Positions 1 through 13,387 of a DNA stretch of 64,000 nt are shown here, piece after piece (within the stretch, counting starts at the first letter, position 1; every line of letters begins with the position of its first letter). Where the stretch lies: contig NC_086108.1 of NCBI RefSeq assembly GCF_963921235.1, positions 78,680,001 through 78,744,000 on the forward strand, read 5' to 3'. The translations under genes and the position numbers were made by a program. The DNA comes from Mobula hypostoma. Taxonomy: Eukaryota. Below the pieces are notes generated by a model, which saw only the letters and a program-made list of their open reading frames with translations, had not been told where the DNA came from and did not search any database.

Positions 1-119
1 GTCTTTTTCTGTTGATTAGTGTAAAAAAAAAGCCAAATTAAATCCACTGTGATTCAATGTTATAAAACAATAAAACATGAAAAATTCCAAGGGGGTGAAT
101 ATTTTTTTCATAGGGATTG
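1..119. mobile_element. Terminal portion of a Tc1-like DNA transposon, cut by the window edge
   Basis: Ends GGGGGTGAATATTTTTTTCATAGGGATTG followed by TA (120-121). This resembles Tc1-type TIR ends (GGGGTGAATACTTTT...CACTG|TA). The other end is not in the window. Confidence 0.6.
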
Positions 120-261
120 TACATACTTGGATAATAAATTTACTTTTACAATTGCAGACTAAAAATTACTGGGTGATGGTGTCTGTAGATGACACTGGGA
201 CAAATACACGCTGAAGTCATTTAACTCGGGACTCAATATTTGTAGGTCCAGATCAATAAGA

Positions 262-345
262 TCTTAAGATAGGAGCAGAATTAGGCCATTAGCCCATCGA
301 GACTGCTTCACCATTCAATCATGGACATTTATTTTTCCTCTCGAA
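262..345 (-). mobile_element. CR1 LINE 3' tail fragment
   Basis: ATAGGAGCAGAATTAGGCCATT...CCATTCAATCATGG matches the reverse-strand CR1 3' ends at 23340, 41432 and 52278. Confidence 0.65.
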
Positions 346-544
346 ATGAATGCTAACATTGATTTTGCCTAAAATAGGACAAACCAATATAATAACACAA
401 GGGACAGCCAACGATATATCCAAATATGTTGTGATTGTTTAGTATGGGACTGTTGACAATCTAGCATAGGCCTAGATATAAATGGTTCACACGTACACAC
501 ACACAACCCCCCCCCCCAACTCCTACATTTACCTACCTTCAAAA

Positions 545-770
545 TTCCCTGGGTTCTCTGGTTTCCTCATACATCTGAAGACATGCATGTTGATAGGTTA
601 AGTGGCTAATATACATTACCCCCTATGTGTAGGTGAGAAAAGGGATCTGGAATAGGTTGATGAGAATATGGGGAGAATTAAAAATAGGATTAATATAGGT
701 TAGTGTAAATGGACAGTGGTGGTCAGCACAGACCTAGCAGGCCAAAGGCCTGTTTCTTTGATATACCTCC
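545..770 (+). mobile_element. HE1-like V-SINE, degraded
   Basis: V-domain-like GGGTTCTCTGGTTTCCTCATACATCTGAAGAC, followed by a CR1-like tail GGCCAAAGGCCTGTTTC. Confidence 0.7.
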
Positions 771-1717
771 ACACGACTCCAAAGCTGTAGAAGCTGGGTT
801 CAAAGTATTTCAGAGGAAGACTGGTAGGTTGTTGTAAATCCACGAATTTCCACTGCTCTGAAATTTGAGAATCAGTGAAAATGATTTTGACTTGTGCTAA
901 GGACGTGAAAGGTAACATAAAATGCACGTGATTGACTTGTTACTGCTGGAACAATCTGGCAATAATATTGGGAAAAATGAACTGTGTGTGAGCAGCTCAT
1001 TTTCAATGTTTAAAATAATCACACCCATGTTGGAGCATGTGGGTTTTGTGGAGGTGAATGCCCAAGGGCTTGTCTGGAGTTCCAGCAGGAACCTGCTGTA
1101 ATCCAGAAGTGTTGCCAAATCATTTTGTAACTTAGACTGTCTAGACTGGAATTAACTTGCCTTAACCAATAGGCTAGAGAAGGTCAATCTACGATCTGAC
1201 TACAAGATCAGTTGCTATTAAAGAAAAGCCTGAAGCTTTTTAAGTTGTTTGCACAATGAATCATATCCAACTCAGCCCAAGATAATTCCAGTCTTTACAG
1301 AAAATGGCCAGTTTTCATCTATTACTTAGTGTTCCTGTGTTGTTTAGGAACCATCTCTATTTCAGGAAATATTTTAACCCCTCTTTATTTTATCAAAAGT
1401 GCCGATGTTCACAATTTAAAGACATGCTGATGGTTGTGGGCTTCAAGAAGTTGCAGATCTTCATTGCACATCAGTGGCTCTTTCATGGTGAGTGAAATAC
1501 ACAAAGTTGCTTGGTATACACATAACAGACAATCTAACCTGCACCCACAGCACCTCCTTATTAGTGAAGATACAGCAGTGTTCACAGGTTCACTTTATAA
1601 TTAAAGTACGTATACAACTGAGATTTGTCTTCTCCAGATCGCCATAAAACCATAGAAGTAGTTGAAAGGAAGACATCAATCCCCACCCGCACGAAAAGAA
1701 AAAGAAACAAAAACTCA

Positions 1718-2990
1718 TGTAAGGGGTTTCTTCTTTTATGTTACTGCTAAGGCTAATAAAATGGCTTCTTTGTTATGTTATAATAAAATGGCTTCTCTGT
1801 AATGTTAACTGCTGAGTTAATGGTGGCAGTTTGGGTTATAATTACTAATAACGAGAATTGTATTCATTTGCTAACCAAATGGGATAGATGTTATTCTTTC
1901 TTGTGTGTCTGTAAGAAACCATAGAACAACTACAGCACAGAAACAGACCTTTTGGCCCTTCTCGGCTGTGCCGAACCATTTTCTGCCTCGTCCCACTGAC
2001 CTGCACATGGACCATATCCCTCCATACACCTCCCAACCATGTATCTGTCCAATTTATTCTTAAATGTTAAAAAAGAACCCGCATTTACAACCTCGTCTGG
2101 CAGCTCATTCCACACTCCCACCACTCTGTGTGAAGAAGCCTCCCCTAATGTTCCCTTTAAACTTTTCCCCCTTCACCCTTAACCCATGTCCTCTGGTTTT
2201 TTTCTCCCCTTGCCTCAGTGGAAAAAGCTTGCTCGCATTCAGTCTCTCTATACCCATCATAATTTTACATACCCCTATCAAATCTCCCCTCATTCTTCTA
2301 CGCTCCAGGAAATAAAGTCCTAACCTATTCAACCTTTCTCTGTAACTGAGTTTCTCAAGTCCTGACAACATCCTTGTAAACCTTCTCTGCACTCTTTCAA
2401 CCTTATTAATATCCTTCCTGTAATTTGGTGACCAAAACTGAACACAATACTCCAGATTCGGCCTCACCAATGCCTTATACAACCTCATCATAACATTCCA
2501 GCTCTTATACTGTTTTTGCGGGCTTCAGGCAGAAGGTGCAATGGGGACAGAGAGAGGAGACACGATGCTGTAAACTGGGTGACAGAACGGACCCCAAGTG
2601 GGAGTCCGAGGCCCAGGGCTTTTCAGGAGGAGAACCGAAGAGGAAAGACGTGCTGGACACGCTCTAGTTGACCACCGTGGTTGGTCCCAGGCAGCGGGTC
2701 GAGAAGGTCGGAGGAGATCGAATGGCGGAACAAAGATCCTGTTAATTGAGCTCCAACGGTTGTGCACGAAGTGGTTGAGCTATATTGTATCTCTATTATC
2801 TACATAGTTCCAGTAAGATCTATAAAGTGTAATCATTTAATCGCATATGCTGTACTTTCTGTTATTTGGCGTGGTGGGGTACATCACACAGCATTTACAC
2901 CAACTTGATTACCCAGTTTGGCGGGGCCAAAAGCTGCTCCTCCTAGACGAAAGCCAGCTGAGCGAGCCTGAGGCTTACCAAGAGGCTACA
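1718..2990. mobile_element. Solo LTR interrupted by a CR1 fragment
   Basis: Starts TGTAAG and ends GGCTACA (TGTA...TACA). 4-bp TSD CTCA at 1714-1717 and 2991-2994. Confidence 0.75.
1914..2511 (-). mobile_element. 5'-truncated CR1 LINE (ORF2 C-terminus and 3' UTR)
   Basis: ORF 2105-2491 [19 protein letters not shown]...RGDLI...TRGH is a typical CR1 ORF2 C-terminus. The 3' tail is at ~1914. Confidence 0.92.
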
Positions 2991-3574
2991 CTCATAAACC
3001 CCAAACCCCTCCCTCACACAATAACTAACAGACCACCCATATGGAGAAGTAACAAGAATATCAAACCTCAAATCCCCAGCCCACCAATTGGCAACAAGTA
3101 AGAATGGGGGAGAACACGGAGAAAAAGATGGAACTGAAGGAGGCCAATATGAACTACATTTAGTTTGAACTGCAGTCCAATCCATAAATCTCAGAATTTC
3201 AATAACATCTCCAAGAGTATTGGGACCCAACAGCAGCAACTCGAATCAGCATCCCCTGCAAGAACGGCTCACTCTCCCTCACGTTTGCGTTGATGTTTCA
3301 ATCTTTATTGACGCTTTAATCGGCCAGAAATGTAGTCAATCAATGCCCGTCATCTCATCTCTGAGCTTCTCCTCATGGTAGCTTGTGCTCACATTTCTCT
3401 CTTGGGAGTACTCTCAGGGACAGCAGAATGCCAGCTCACTCGATCGAACTACAGACTGAAAGACACTGGCTCCAACAGTTCCAAAAACAAAATTAAGATG
3501 AAAAGAGTAAGTAGAAGATGTAGAGTCTACATTTTCTGAGGAGATTGTGGCATGTAAGGCTTCCTGCCCCCATT

Positions 3575-4082
3575 CGAACGACTTTCTATAGGAGCACCAC
3601 TGACAGTGTCCTGTCTGGCCGCATCATTGTGTGTTATGGATGCTGCAAGGCATTGCACTGTAAAACCAGATAGAAAATAGTAAAACAGCCAAGAGGATCA
3701 CTGGGGTCTCCCTCCCCCATTTGTGATATTTACTGGGAGCACAATATATGTAGGCCCAAAGCATTGTTTAGGATCCACACCACCCACACTCTCCTTGACC
3801 CACTATAGTCAGGAAGGAGGTACAGGGGCATCGGGACTAGAACTGCCAGGTACTGCTATACCTCCTTCCCTCAGGCTGTGAGACTAACAAATACTCTGCC
3901 ACCACCAAGGTCTTGACACTAGGACAGCGAGCTGTTTACTGTACTGCTTATCTGTGCTACACAATGCGTGTGATTTGAATTATACTTTACTAATTTATTT
4001 GTTGTGATATTTTGATTTTATTTTGTGATATATGTTTTGTGGGTGCACCATGGTCTGGAGCAACATTGCTTCATTTGGTTTT

Positions 4083-4134
<52 letters not shown>

Positions 4135-4145
4135 TGTATATATAC

Positions 4146-4180
<35 letters not shown>

Positions 4181-4212
4181 GTCAAACTACAATAAACCTG
4201 AACTTGAACTTC
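3575..4212 (+). mobile_element. Rex1/Babar-like LINE 3' fragment, degraded
   Basis: Translates FYRSTTDSVLSG.II..YG and later PL.SGRRYRG. Ends AATAAACCTGAACTTGAACT. Confidence 0.75.
4085..4180. repeat. Compound microsatellite (GT)n-(AT)n-(AC)n
   Basis: Directly visible. The two halves are reverse complements. Confidence 0.95.
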
Positions 4213-5182
4213 AAAGAGGCTCAGATACATCCAAGTTCACATATCCTAGAAATAAAACTCAATCCAAGACTGATAAAAGAATTATAACAGAATCAAAAGG
4301 TGCAAACATAAATCCAACCAATGTAATGCAAGTGAAATAGAAGCCACAGCATGTGTACAATAAAGTACAATTTTCAAATCAATTTTTTTTGCAGTTTTTC
4401 AAAAGCTAGTAAGTCTTCCTGAAACAACACTTCCCTAATGGTCCCTTGAAAAGGATAACAAATTCTCTATGGAGTACAGATTAAGACTGAGAAATAGCAA
4501 AGAGATCATTTAAATATTTTATTAATACTAGCTTTATAGTTTCTTTAAACTAAAGAGCTTCAACTGTAACTCACAGGCAACATTTACTGAGTGTCTGTAA
4601 TGTTGGAAGGTTTGCTGTATAAAATTGCCTTGAAGAGGTCTAATCACTTTTGGATAGAGCAGGACAAAGACTCATTCTTATTCTTTCTGTATATGCAAGT
4701 AGATACAATAGGTTAAGTACATTCAGAGATCATGCTGTGGAGTCTTTTGGCTTTCTTATTATCACCAATTCAATTTTTTTTATGTAAAAGGAGGACACAA
4801 GGTTATAACATGAAGAAAAGGCCTTTCAGCTGATCTTAAAAGCAAGATCACTGAATTACGAAGCTGGAGGAAATCAAGATGGGATAAGAGAAATAAAATT
4901 GAGTAAATAAGTTGTTAACAGGCATATTTTTAAATCCTAAAGTAAATGCTGAGTTTGGCTATTCACTTCAATATATATCAATATAATTTGATTGCGTACT
5001 GAACTTACTGGCCATGAACTTGACAGAATTTGTCCAATTTTTTGAAAATATACAATTCAAAATCTCTCAATAATAAACCAGTATAAGTTCTGGTTCCTAA
5101 TTGTGAATACAACTATAATATTCTAAATATGAATTATTAATAATATTTATCCATAAATATTACCCAGACACTATTAGTATAC

Positions 5183-6180
5183 AGCAGGGATCTATTCTGG
5201 GAACTCTGCTCTTTGTGAAGTTTATGAAGGACTTGGATGAGGAAATGCAGGGTTGTGTTCACAAGTTTGCAGATAACATGAAGGTTGGAGGTGATATGGA
5301 TAATGTAGAAGGTTGTTGTAGGTTACATAAGGATATAGAAAGGAAGCAGAGTTGGTCAGAGAAATGGCAGATGGAGATAAATCTAGAAAAGTGTGAAATG
5401 TTTTGCTCTAGAAAATAAAACTTTAAGGTGGATTATAAGGTCAATGACAGGATTCTTAGTAGGAGGAGCAGAGGGACTTGGGGTCCAAGTCCTTGGATCC
5501 TTCAAGGTTGCCACACAAGTTGATGGGGTGGTAACGAGACATATAGCATACTGGATTGAGTTCAAGAACCATGAGTATTTTTTGGACCACTCTTGGCGTA
5601 CTGTGTTCATTTTTGGTTGCCGCATTGTAGAAGTTTTGTAGAAGTTTTACAGAAGTTGCAAAAAAAGATTTATCAGGATGCTGCCTGGATTAGAGAACTT
5701 GCTTTATGAGGAAAAATTAGGGTTAGGGATTGGACCAAGGCTTTTCTCTTTGGAGGAAATACTAAATTGAGGATTAGGACTTGCACTTTTCTGTTTGAAG
5801 TGACTAAGGATGAAAGGCAACTTGATAAGAGTGTATAAGATTACAAGTGGCATTGGTAGAGCGTAAGTTCTTTTCCCAGGGCAGCAATGGTTAATACCAC
5901 AGCACATTCATTTGAGGTGAGTGGAGGAAAGTTCAGGGGAGACGTCGGAAGTACGCCTTCACACAGAGTAGTAGGTGTTGAAATGCACTGTTGGGGGCGT
6001 GGTGGTAGCTGATACAAGAGGAACAACTAAAAAACTCTTAGGTAGGTACATGGACACAAAAAATAGAGGATTATGGTTGTGCAGGAGGGAAGGGTTGGAG
6101 TGATCGTGAAGCGGGTTTATATAATTCGGTTAATATAATGTTTATAACATTGTGGACTGTACTGTGCTGCACTGGTCAAC
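5183..6180 (+). mobile_element. Degraded CR1 LINE (RT to 3' UTR)
   Basis: QGSILG, KFADNMKVGG and WSEKWQMEINLEKCE motifs with many frameshifts. Confidence 0.85.
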
Positions 6181-6341
6181 CCAACTATGAAATCATTTCA
6201 TTGATGATTGTGTTCTTTATTGTATCCCCATTACTACTATGTCCCCGCACTTGACTCTGGAAACAGACATCTCCAAAACAGGAAAATGGTACAATCATAA
6301 AACCATTCTTGGACATTCAGCATGAGCCCAGCAGGCATGTT

Positions 6342-7767
6342 CTTTTTAAATCTTTTTATTGAATAAGTATACAAAAAGGTAAGCCATATAGGCACTAATA
6401 CACTGTTAGAATATAATAAAATTACAGGAGATATTAATACAAAAAAATGATACAAACAATGTAATTTAAACATAACATACCAAGGTAACATAATAGTATA
6501 CTAATTTTTATATATATATCAATAGAGAAAAGGAAAAAAAACCCCACCGTGCAACTAACTAAAAGCAAAGCAAAGCAAAGCAATGGGCTAACTTGAAACC
6601 AAACAGAGTTAAAAAAACTTAAAATCACGTCCTCAATCCTGACCTCCATTAAAAACAGTAAAAAAAAACAAGGCTACATATTACATTAAATGAAAATATT
6701 GAATAAAAGATCTCCAGGTCTGTTCAAATTTAAATGAGGAATCATAAAGATTGCTTCTAATTTTCTCCGAATTCAAGCATAATATCGTCTGAGAAAACCA
6801 AAAAAAGGTAGTTGGAGCATTAAGCTCTTTCCAATGTTGTAAGATACATCTTTTCACCATTAAAGTAAGAAATGCAATCATTCTACGGGCTGAAGGAGAA
6901 AGATTACTGGAAATTTTAGGTAGTGCAAAGATAGCAGTAATAGGGTGAGGAGAGATATCTATATTCAATACCTTGGAGATAATATTAAAAATGTCTCTCC
7001 AAAAAGTTTCCAGAGTAGGGCAAGACCAAAACGTATGAGTTAAAGAGGCTATCTGCCCCGGACATCTATCACAAAAAGGATTAATATGAGAATAAAAGCG
7101 AGCTAATTTATCTTTGGACATATGTGCTCTATGAACAACTTTAAATTGAATTAGGGAATGTTTAGCACAGATAGAGGAAGTATTGACTAATTGTAAAATC
7201 TGCCCCCAGTCATCCACGGAAATGATAAACCCCAATTCCTGTTCCCAATCTACCCTAATCTTATCAAATGGAGCTTTCCTAAGTTTCATAATAATATTAT
7301 AAATCATAGCCGATGTACCTTTCTGACATGGATTAAGGTTAATTATAGTATCTAAAATGTATGTAGGAGGAAGCATAGGAAAGGAAGAAAGTATAGTACT
7401 TAGGAAATTTCTAACTTGTAGATATCTAAAAAAATGTATTCTTGATAAATTATATTTATTAGATAATTGTTCAAAAGACATAAGGGAACCATCTAAAAAT
7501 AAATCCAAAAACCGTGAAATACCCTTAGTCTTCCAAATTTGAAAAGCACGATCCGTAAAAGAGGGAGGAAAAAATATGTTACCTAACATAGAAATCGCTA
7601 GCCCAAATTGGTTAAGATCAAAAAATTTTCTGAATTGAAACCAAATACGTAAGGTATATTTAACTATCGGGTTAGATACCTGTTTAAGGCGTTTCAAATC
7701 AAAAGGAAGAGAGGAACCTAAAATAGAGCCAAGTGTATAACCTTGAACAGATTGCAATTCCAATGCT
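6342..7767 (-). mobile_element. 5'-truncated L1-clade LINE (ORF2 C-terminal region and 3' UTR)
   Basis: Open frame 6681-7763 with the zinc-knuckle CDRC-x6-LTHTFWSC. AATAAA and an A-rich tail lie at ~6342-6360. 12-bp TSD AGCAGGCATGTT at 6330-6341 and 7768-7779. Confidence 0.92.
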
Positions 7768-8079
7768 AGCAGGCATGTTAAACATCCAACTTTTCACTAT
7801 GGAGAAACTACTCACCTCCAGTAGGGACTTTGTCAAAGCTATGAAACAATGTAGTAATATACAGCACTGTACTTAGTCATATCCTATCTGTCATGTACTG
7901 TTACCTTTATGCCAATGCTTTTATTGCCAGTATATATCACTTCCAAACTTTTCATCAACTAGTGAACATAACCTTTTATTACTTGCAACTATCGTTTTGA
8001 TTTCCATTTTCAGTTAACTGCTGTAGTCGAGAATAACAGTTTTTGCCTGAGCAAAAAGGTTTTCACACTTTTCAGCATC

Positions 8080-8385
8080 AAACATGAGATTCTACAGATG
8101 CTAGAAATCTTGAGCAACAAACGCAAAACACTGTGGGACTCAGCTGGTCTTGGGCCGAAATGTCATTGGTTTGTTTCCCTCCATGAGTCCCGATAAAGGA
8201 TCATTTCCTTCCAAAGATGCTGTCTGACCTGCTGACTTGTTGCCGCTTGTGGGCTGCCCCCATTTATCCTCAACTGTGTTGGCTGTTGATGCAAACAGTG
8301 TAATTCACTGTATATTTCAATGTACATGTGACAAGTAAAGCTAATCTTATCTTCCTCCAACATTTTGTGTGTGTTGTTCAAACAT
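8080..8385. mobile_element. Degraded inverted Penelope-like end pair with a short inserted repeat
   Basis: CTACAGATGCTAGAAATCTTGAGCAAC... on the left and TTCCTCCAACATTTTGTGTGTGTTG on the right match the Penelope-like termini elsewhere in the window. Confidence 0.55.
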
Positions 8386-9016
8386 CTACATCTGTTATTG
8401 TTTTGGCTTTACATATAGGGTGCCATATTTGACCAACAGACACTCATTATAAAAATAGAGGGCTCAAATTCTAGGCAGTCTCTAGAGTAGGTTACATGGT
8501 CAGCAAAACATTGTGGGCCGAAGGGCCTTTAATGTGGTCTAGATTTCAATTTTCTATATTCTATGTACTACCTTAAAAATGTCAAATTTGGATCCATAGG
8601 TAAATAAATATTATGAGCAGCACATTCTTCAGAAAAGGCTTTGGGAATTCCACTGCCCAGTTACAATTATTTCCATGAACAGGTCACTCACTTAGAACAC
8701 TTACAACTTCAACACTGTGCATGACATAATAAAATCCATGACTGCCTTTCCCAAAACGGCAAGTTCTTTAACTCATACACAACTTCAGGAAAAGTAGCAA
8801 GCAACAGGTGAATTACCCCAGAGCTCTCTTTCATCGCTTGGCTGTCAGTTACTTAAGCAGAATTGTAAGAGGTCTGGCAGTCGGGAAATATGCTCATAGT
8901 TCAATTAGGTTCTGATTCACGTTGTATGGAAATTTAAAAGCAGAGGACAAGGTTAAAAAAAAAACTCCAACAATATAGAGGGAGATCCCCAATTTTGATT
9001 AATCTCAAATTTGAAT

Positions 9017-9509
9017 TTAGATTATGAAGACACGCAGTCCTCTTTTATTGTCATTTAGTAATGCATGCATTAAGAATTGATACAATATTTCCTCTGGTGT
9101 GATATCACAAAACACAGGACAGACCAAGACTGAAAAAAAACCAACAAAACCACATAATTATAACATACAGTTACAACAGTGCAACAATACCATAACTTGA
9201 TGAAGTCCATGAGCACAGTAAAAGTTCAAAGTCTCTCAAATGTCCCACATCTCACGCAGACGAGAGAAGGAAGAAAAACTCTCCCTGCCATACCCGACCA
9301 CGGACCGACTCTGAGTCATCCGAAAACTTCAAGCTCTGATCAGCTCTCCGACACTGAGTACTGAGAGCCATCTCTATCCGAGCGATTCGACCTCCATCTC
9401 GGTCGCCAACAGCAGGCAAAGCTGGGGATTTTGAGGCCTTCCCTCTGAAAGATTCGCGACCATGCAGTAACAACAGCAGCTAACGAGCGTTTCCAAAATT
9501 TTTCCAGAT
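9017..9509 (-). mobile_element. ~620-bp non-coding retro-family, copy 1 (5'-truncated)
   Basis: Collinear with the copies at 21633, 29861 and 33453. Shared 3' end GACAATAAAAGAGGACTGCGTGTC(C/T)TCATAATC. Confidence 0.85.
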
Positions 9510-10234
9510 TTAGATGGATATTACAGCAAAATCACTTTGGAGCTGAGGGATTTTAAATACTTATTGTGCACTAAATATATCAGCTCTATGTTTTTGAAAT
9601 TTGTTTTCACTAGCTTTAAAAAAAACCAAGTTGAACCAAACAAAAGTGCAGTGATTTGTTCACAAACTAGACACCCAGAAAGCTTTCTGACTTCAAGGAA
9701 AGTAAACTCATTTCCTGCTAGAGTACTATGAGAATCCGGATTCAAAGTTCAAAATAAATTCATTATCAAAGCACAATACATCACCATATACAACCCCGAG
9801 CTTCATTTTCTTGTGGGCATACACAGTAAATGATGGTCTTGAAAATTGAACTGGTTCACTCATTGAACTGTAAGGCATGACAATGCCCGACGCAGGCCTC
9901 TCATGGTTTGAGTCGACGTTCCCACTCATACCCTTCAGGAAAGGTATCGTGTTAGATTTTTACATGGCTCCAGTCCTGCATCAATGTTAATTCATGGTTG
10001 CTCGTGGTTACTTCAAAATCAGGTCAATAAGGATATGCAGTCACTTCTACATCCAAACAGCAAAGGATTCGTGACAAATGGCAAAAGCAGTGGCATCCAA
10101 AATGAATTCAAAAATACATTTTCTAAATATGCATATACAGTTTGCTCCTAGTGCTTGCACTTTTCACTAGGTGATTTCACTAAATGGCACAGCACATAGG
10201 TGCAAGGAAGGCAAGCTAGTGTCTTTAGTTTCTC

Positions 10235-10970
10235 ACAAGTTTAAGGAGGTTCACCATGTCACATCTAACCAACTTCTACAATTCATAAAAACAAGAGATT
10301 CTGCAGATGCAGGAAATCTAGAGTAACACACACAAAATATTGGTGGAAATCAGCCGGTCACGCAGCATCTATGACAAGGAATAAAGAGTCGAGAACCTTT
10401 AAGAGTCCTGATAATGCCTGGTCTGCTAAGTTCCTCCAGCATTTTGTGTGAAACTTCTACAGATGTACTTTTGAAAGTACTCTAACTGACTGCCTGGTAT
10501 GACAAACTGAATGCACACGAAACTCAGACAGTAGTGGACTCAGCCCAGTACATCACCAACAAATTCCTCCCCACCACTACAGAAGGCAACATCCATCATC
10601 AGCGGTCCTCACCACCTGGCCAAAGCCATCTTTTTGTAACCATCATCTAGCAGAAGATACAGAACCCTTAGGTCCCACACCACCAGGTTCAGGAACAACG
10701 ATTTCCCTGTAACTATTCGATTTTTGAACCAAATGGTACCACCCTAATCACGACCTCAGTATCTTGATGCGGCAATGTTATGACCAATTTATATTACAAT
10801 GGACTTTGCTTTATTTTATTGTGTTTTTTCTTATATAATTTTGTACTGTTAATTTATCCAGTTCTCCTGAATGATGCTACGTGCATGTGATGCTGCTGCA
10901 TGTAAGTTTTTCATTGCACCTGTGCATGCACGTACTTATGCATATGACAATAAACCGGACTTTGACCATG
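10235..10970 (+). mobile_element. Rex1-like LINE 3' fragment interrupted by a Penelope-like insertion
   Basis: LTNFYRCTFESTLT and PSSRRYRTLRSHTTRFRN motifs. Ends GACAATAAACCGGACTTTGAC. Confidence 0.75.
10281..10451. mobile_element. Short inverted Penelope-like insertion
   Basis: Two opposed PLE 3' ends. 10-bp TSD AACTTCTACA at 10271-10280 and 10452-10461. Confidence 0.75.
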
Positions 10971-11729
10971 TGATCCTAACTTTCAAGCAACATCATCTTA
11001 ATTGTGCATGGTCAGTCATCTCCATTTAAAATGGAATCTTTACCTTCTAAGCCCTGGCTAATCACTCTGTGATGCAGTGTGTGGGCAGAGTTGGGAAAGA
11101 CAAAAAACTGTTTATATATCCCCAGGGCAGAATTTCACAGCCAATGAAATACTGTGGAAACGCATCTGTTTTTGTACAAGGGGAAAATTAAGGTGTACAT
11201 TTGCACATATGAAAATCCTGCAAATGTGACTGAGGACAAATTAACATGCGAAAGTTGCTAGATTAATTGGCCACTACGTTGCCTCAGAGGTAGGTGAATG
11301 TTAGAATCTGGAGTGACGAATGGAAATGTGGAGAGAATAAAACAGGTTTAACGTAGGGAGTGTATGTGTATATGGGTACCAGACATTTCTGTATGACAAT
11401 GTGCAGGTCTAGAACTTCATGGAAGATTGTGGAGGTAAAATTCCACAGAGGTTTTATTAGTCTTCCTCAATTGAAGCTGCAGTAGCTTCAGTCGAGGAAG
11501 CTACACCAAAATGCTACACCACTTTAGGGGTTTGGAAAGTCTCTGCTGGAATAAAGCGACGAACAGAAGAATGCCAATGAAAATGGACGATAATGGATAA
11601 AAAAAAATGGATGGTCAATAGCTGACTTGGGCTCAGTGGACAGAAGGGCCTGTTTCCATGCTGTATCTCTCGGTAACCCTACACCTTCTGATTCAGATGT
11701 CACAGCATTACCACTGAGCCAAAGTAACA

Positions 11730-12050
11730 CAGAGAGACTGCATCTGACTGGAGCTCCATCTTCAGATATAAAGTTAAATCAAGGGTTCAAATGGCTCTTT
11801 AATTGACTTTGCAAATTTAATTGCATTATTCAAAGATGCCAAGGCATTCTGAAATGTGCAGACTGATATTGCTCGTTCAATTACTATCATCAAAAACTTT
11901 TCCATCTGGCTTGCTGTTTCGACAACCTTGGTATATAGAAATGAACTGCTGTTTATATATTGATGAATAACAAGACTGACTGCACTTTACAAGCAATGGC
12001 TGTAATGTATCCCAGAACCGACCATGTGTAAAAATATCAAAGCCTTCATT
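11730..12050 (+). mobile_element. Ancient Deu-domain SINE (SacSINE1/AmnSINE1-like), highly degraded
   Basis: Ordered remnants CATCTTCAGAT..GTTAAATCAAGG, TTGCATTATTCAAAGA, TTGCTGTTT, TGACTGCACTT and ATGGCTGTAA follow the Deu core as I recall it. Confidence 0.45.
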
Positions 12051-12529
12051 GTAACTCATCACTGCCCAACAGACAGACTCAGTAACTTACTTCATAACAC
12101 ATACTTTAAGAGACTTACAGAAAAGCCAAGTATGAGTGGCATTAATATGAAGATTTAAAATATATATTGATCAACGGAAACCATTATAATCACCTCCTGT
12201 TCTCCTTTGTGGCATCAGTTGGATTTTGCAGGTAAATGTCAGCAAGTCCAGGACTTTCACAAATGCACAAACATGGGGTATCTGAATATTGCTGAAAGTG
12301 TTAACTGCTGCATCTTCTGATGCTCAGCCACAGGACCCCATTGAACCCAGTGGAAAAAACTCTGTAAGAAGAAAAACCCATCTCTCGGATCATGCGCTGG
12401 GTACAAATACCATCAGATCAGGTAGACTGGGAAAATCAGGTTGGTACTTGACCAAAGAAAAGGAGTTTGTGGAGTGCTTCATACTATCTGAATGGTGTCA
12501 AGTTAGGAAAAGGGGAAGTACAATGAGTT

Positions 12530-13244
12530 CTAGGTGTCCTTGTTCATCAGTCACTGACAGTAAGCATGCAGGTACAGCAGGCAGTGAAGAAAGCTAATGG
12601 CATGCTGGCCTTCATAACAAGGGGAATTGAGTATAGGAGCAAAGAGGTCCTTCTGCAGTTGTACAGGGCCCTGGTGAGACCCCACCTGGAGTACTGTGTG
12701 CAGTTTTGGTCTCCAAATTTGAGGAAGGACATTCTTGCTATTAAGGTAGTGCAGCGTAGGTTCACAAGGTTAATTCTCAGGATGGCGGGACAGTCATATG
12801 TTGAAAGATTGGAGCAACTGGGCTTGTATACACTGGAATTTAGAAGGATGTGAGGGGATCTTATTGAAACATATAAGATTATTAAAGGATTGGACATGCT
12901 GGAAGCAGGAAACATGCTCCCAATGTTGGGGGAGTCCAGAACCAGAGGCCACAGTTTAAGAATAAGGGGTAGGCTATTTAGAACGGAGTTGAGGAAAAAC
13001 TTTTTCACCCAGAGAGTTGTGGATCTGTGGAATGCTCTGCCTCAGAAGGCAGTGGAGGTCAATTCTCTGGATGCTTTCAAGAAAGAATTAGATAGAGCTC
13101 TTAAAGATAGTGAAGTCAAGGGATGTGGGGAGAAGGCAGGAACGGGGGTACTGAATGTGGATGATCAGCCATGATCACAGTGAATGGCGGTGCTGGCTCG
13201 AAGGGCCGAATGGCCTACTCCTGCACCTATTGTCCATTGTCTAT
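12530..13244 (+). mobile_element. Young 5'-truncated CR1 LINE
   Basis: ORFs 12566-12853 and 12890-13174 (MQVQQAVKKANGMLAFI...[14 protein letters not shown]). 3' hairpin region GAAGGGCCGAATGGCCTACTC and an (ATTGTCT)-like tail. Confidence 0.93.
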
Positions 13245-13387
13245 CACTGGTTTCAGCAGTTTTGTAGAACAAAGCAGAAGAATAGAAGTAGGAAAGTAGT
13301 TTTTTCAAAAAAAACATTGTTATTTTGTGGTAAATATGCTAGCTACTTATCATTTATTTACTTATTTTATTTATTTTTAGTATTTAA

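Larger units (their letters stand above)
1585..3540 (-). mobile_element. Old non-coding repeat with a Rex1-like 3' end, split by the solo LTR at 1718-2990
   Basis: 1585-1640 resembles the 3' ends at 9740, 47080 and 58945 (TTTATTATCAAAGTAC...TACAACCCTGAGATT). The sequence reads continuously across the LTR TSD. The right boundary is approximate. Confidence 0.45.

Noticed and set aside
5717..5728. TTAGGGTTAGGG telomeric hexamers
   Set aside because: Two units inside a decayed CR1 are too few to call an interstitial telomeric sequence.
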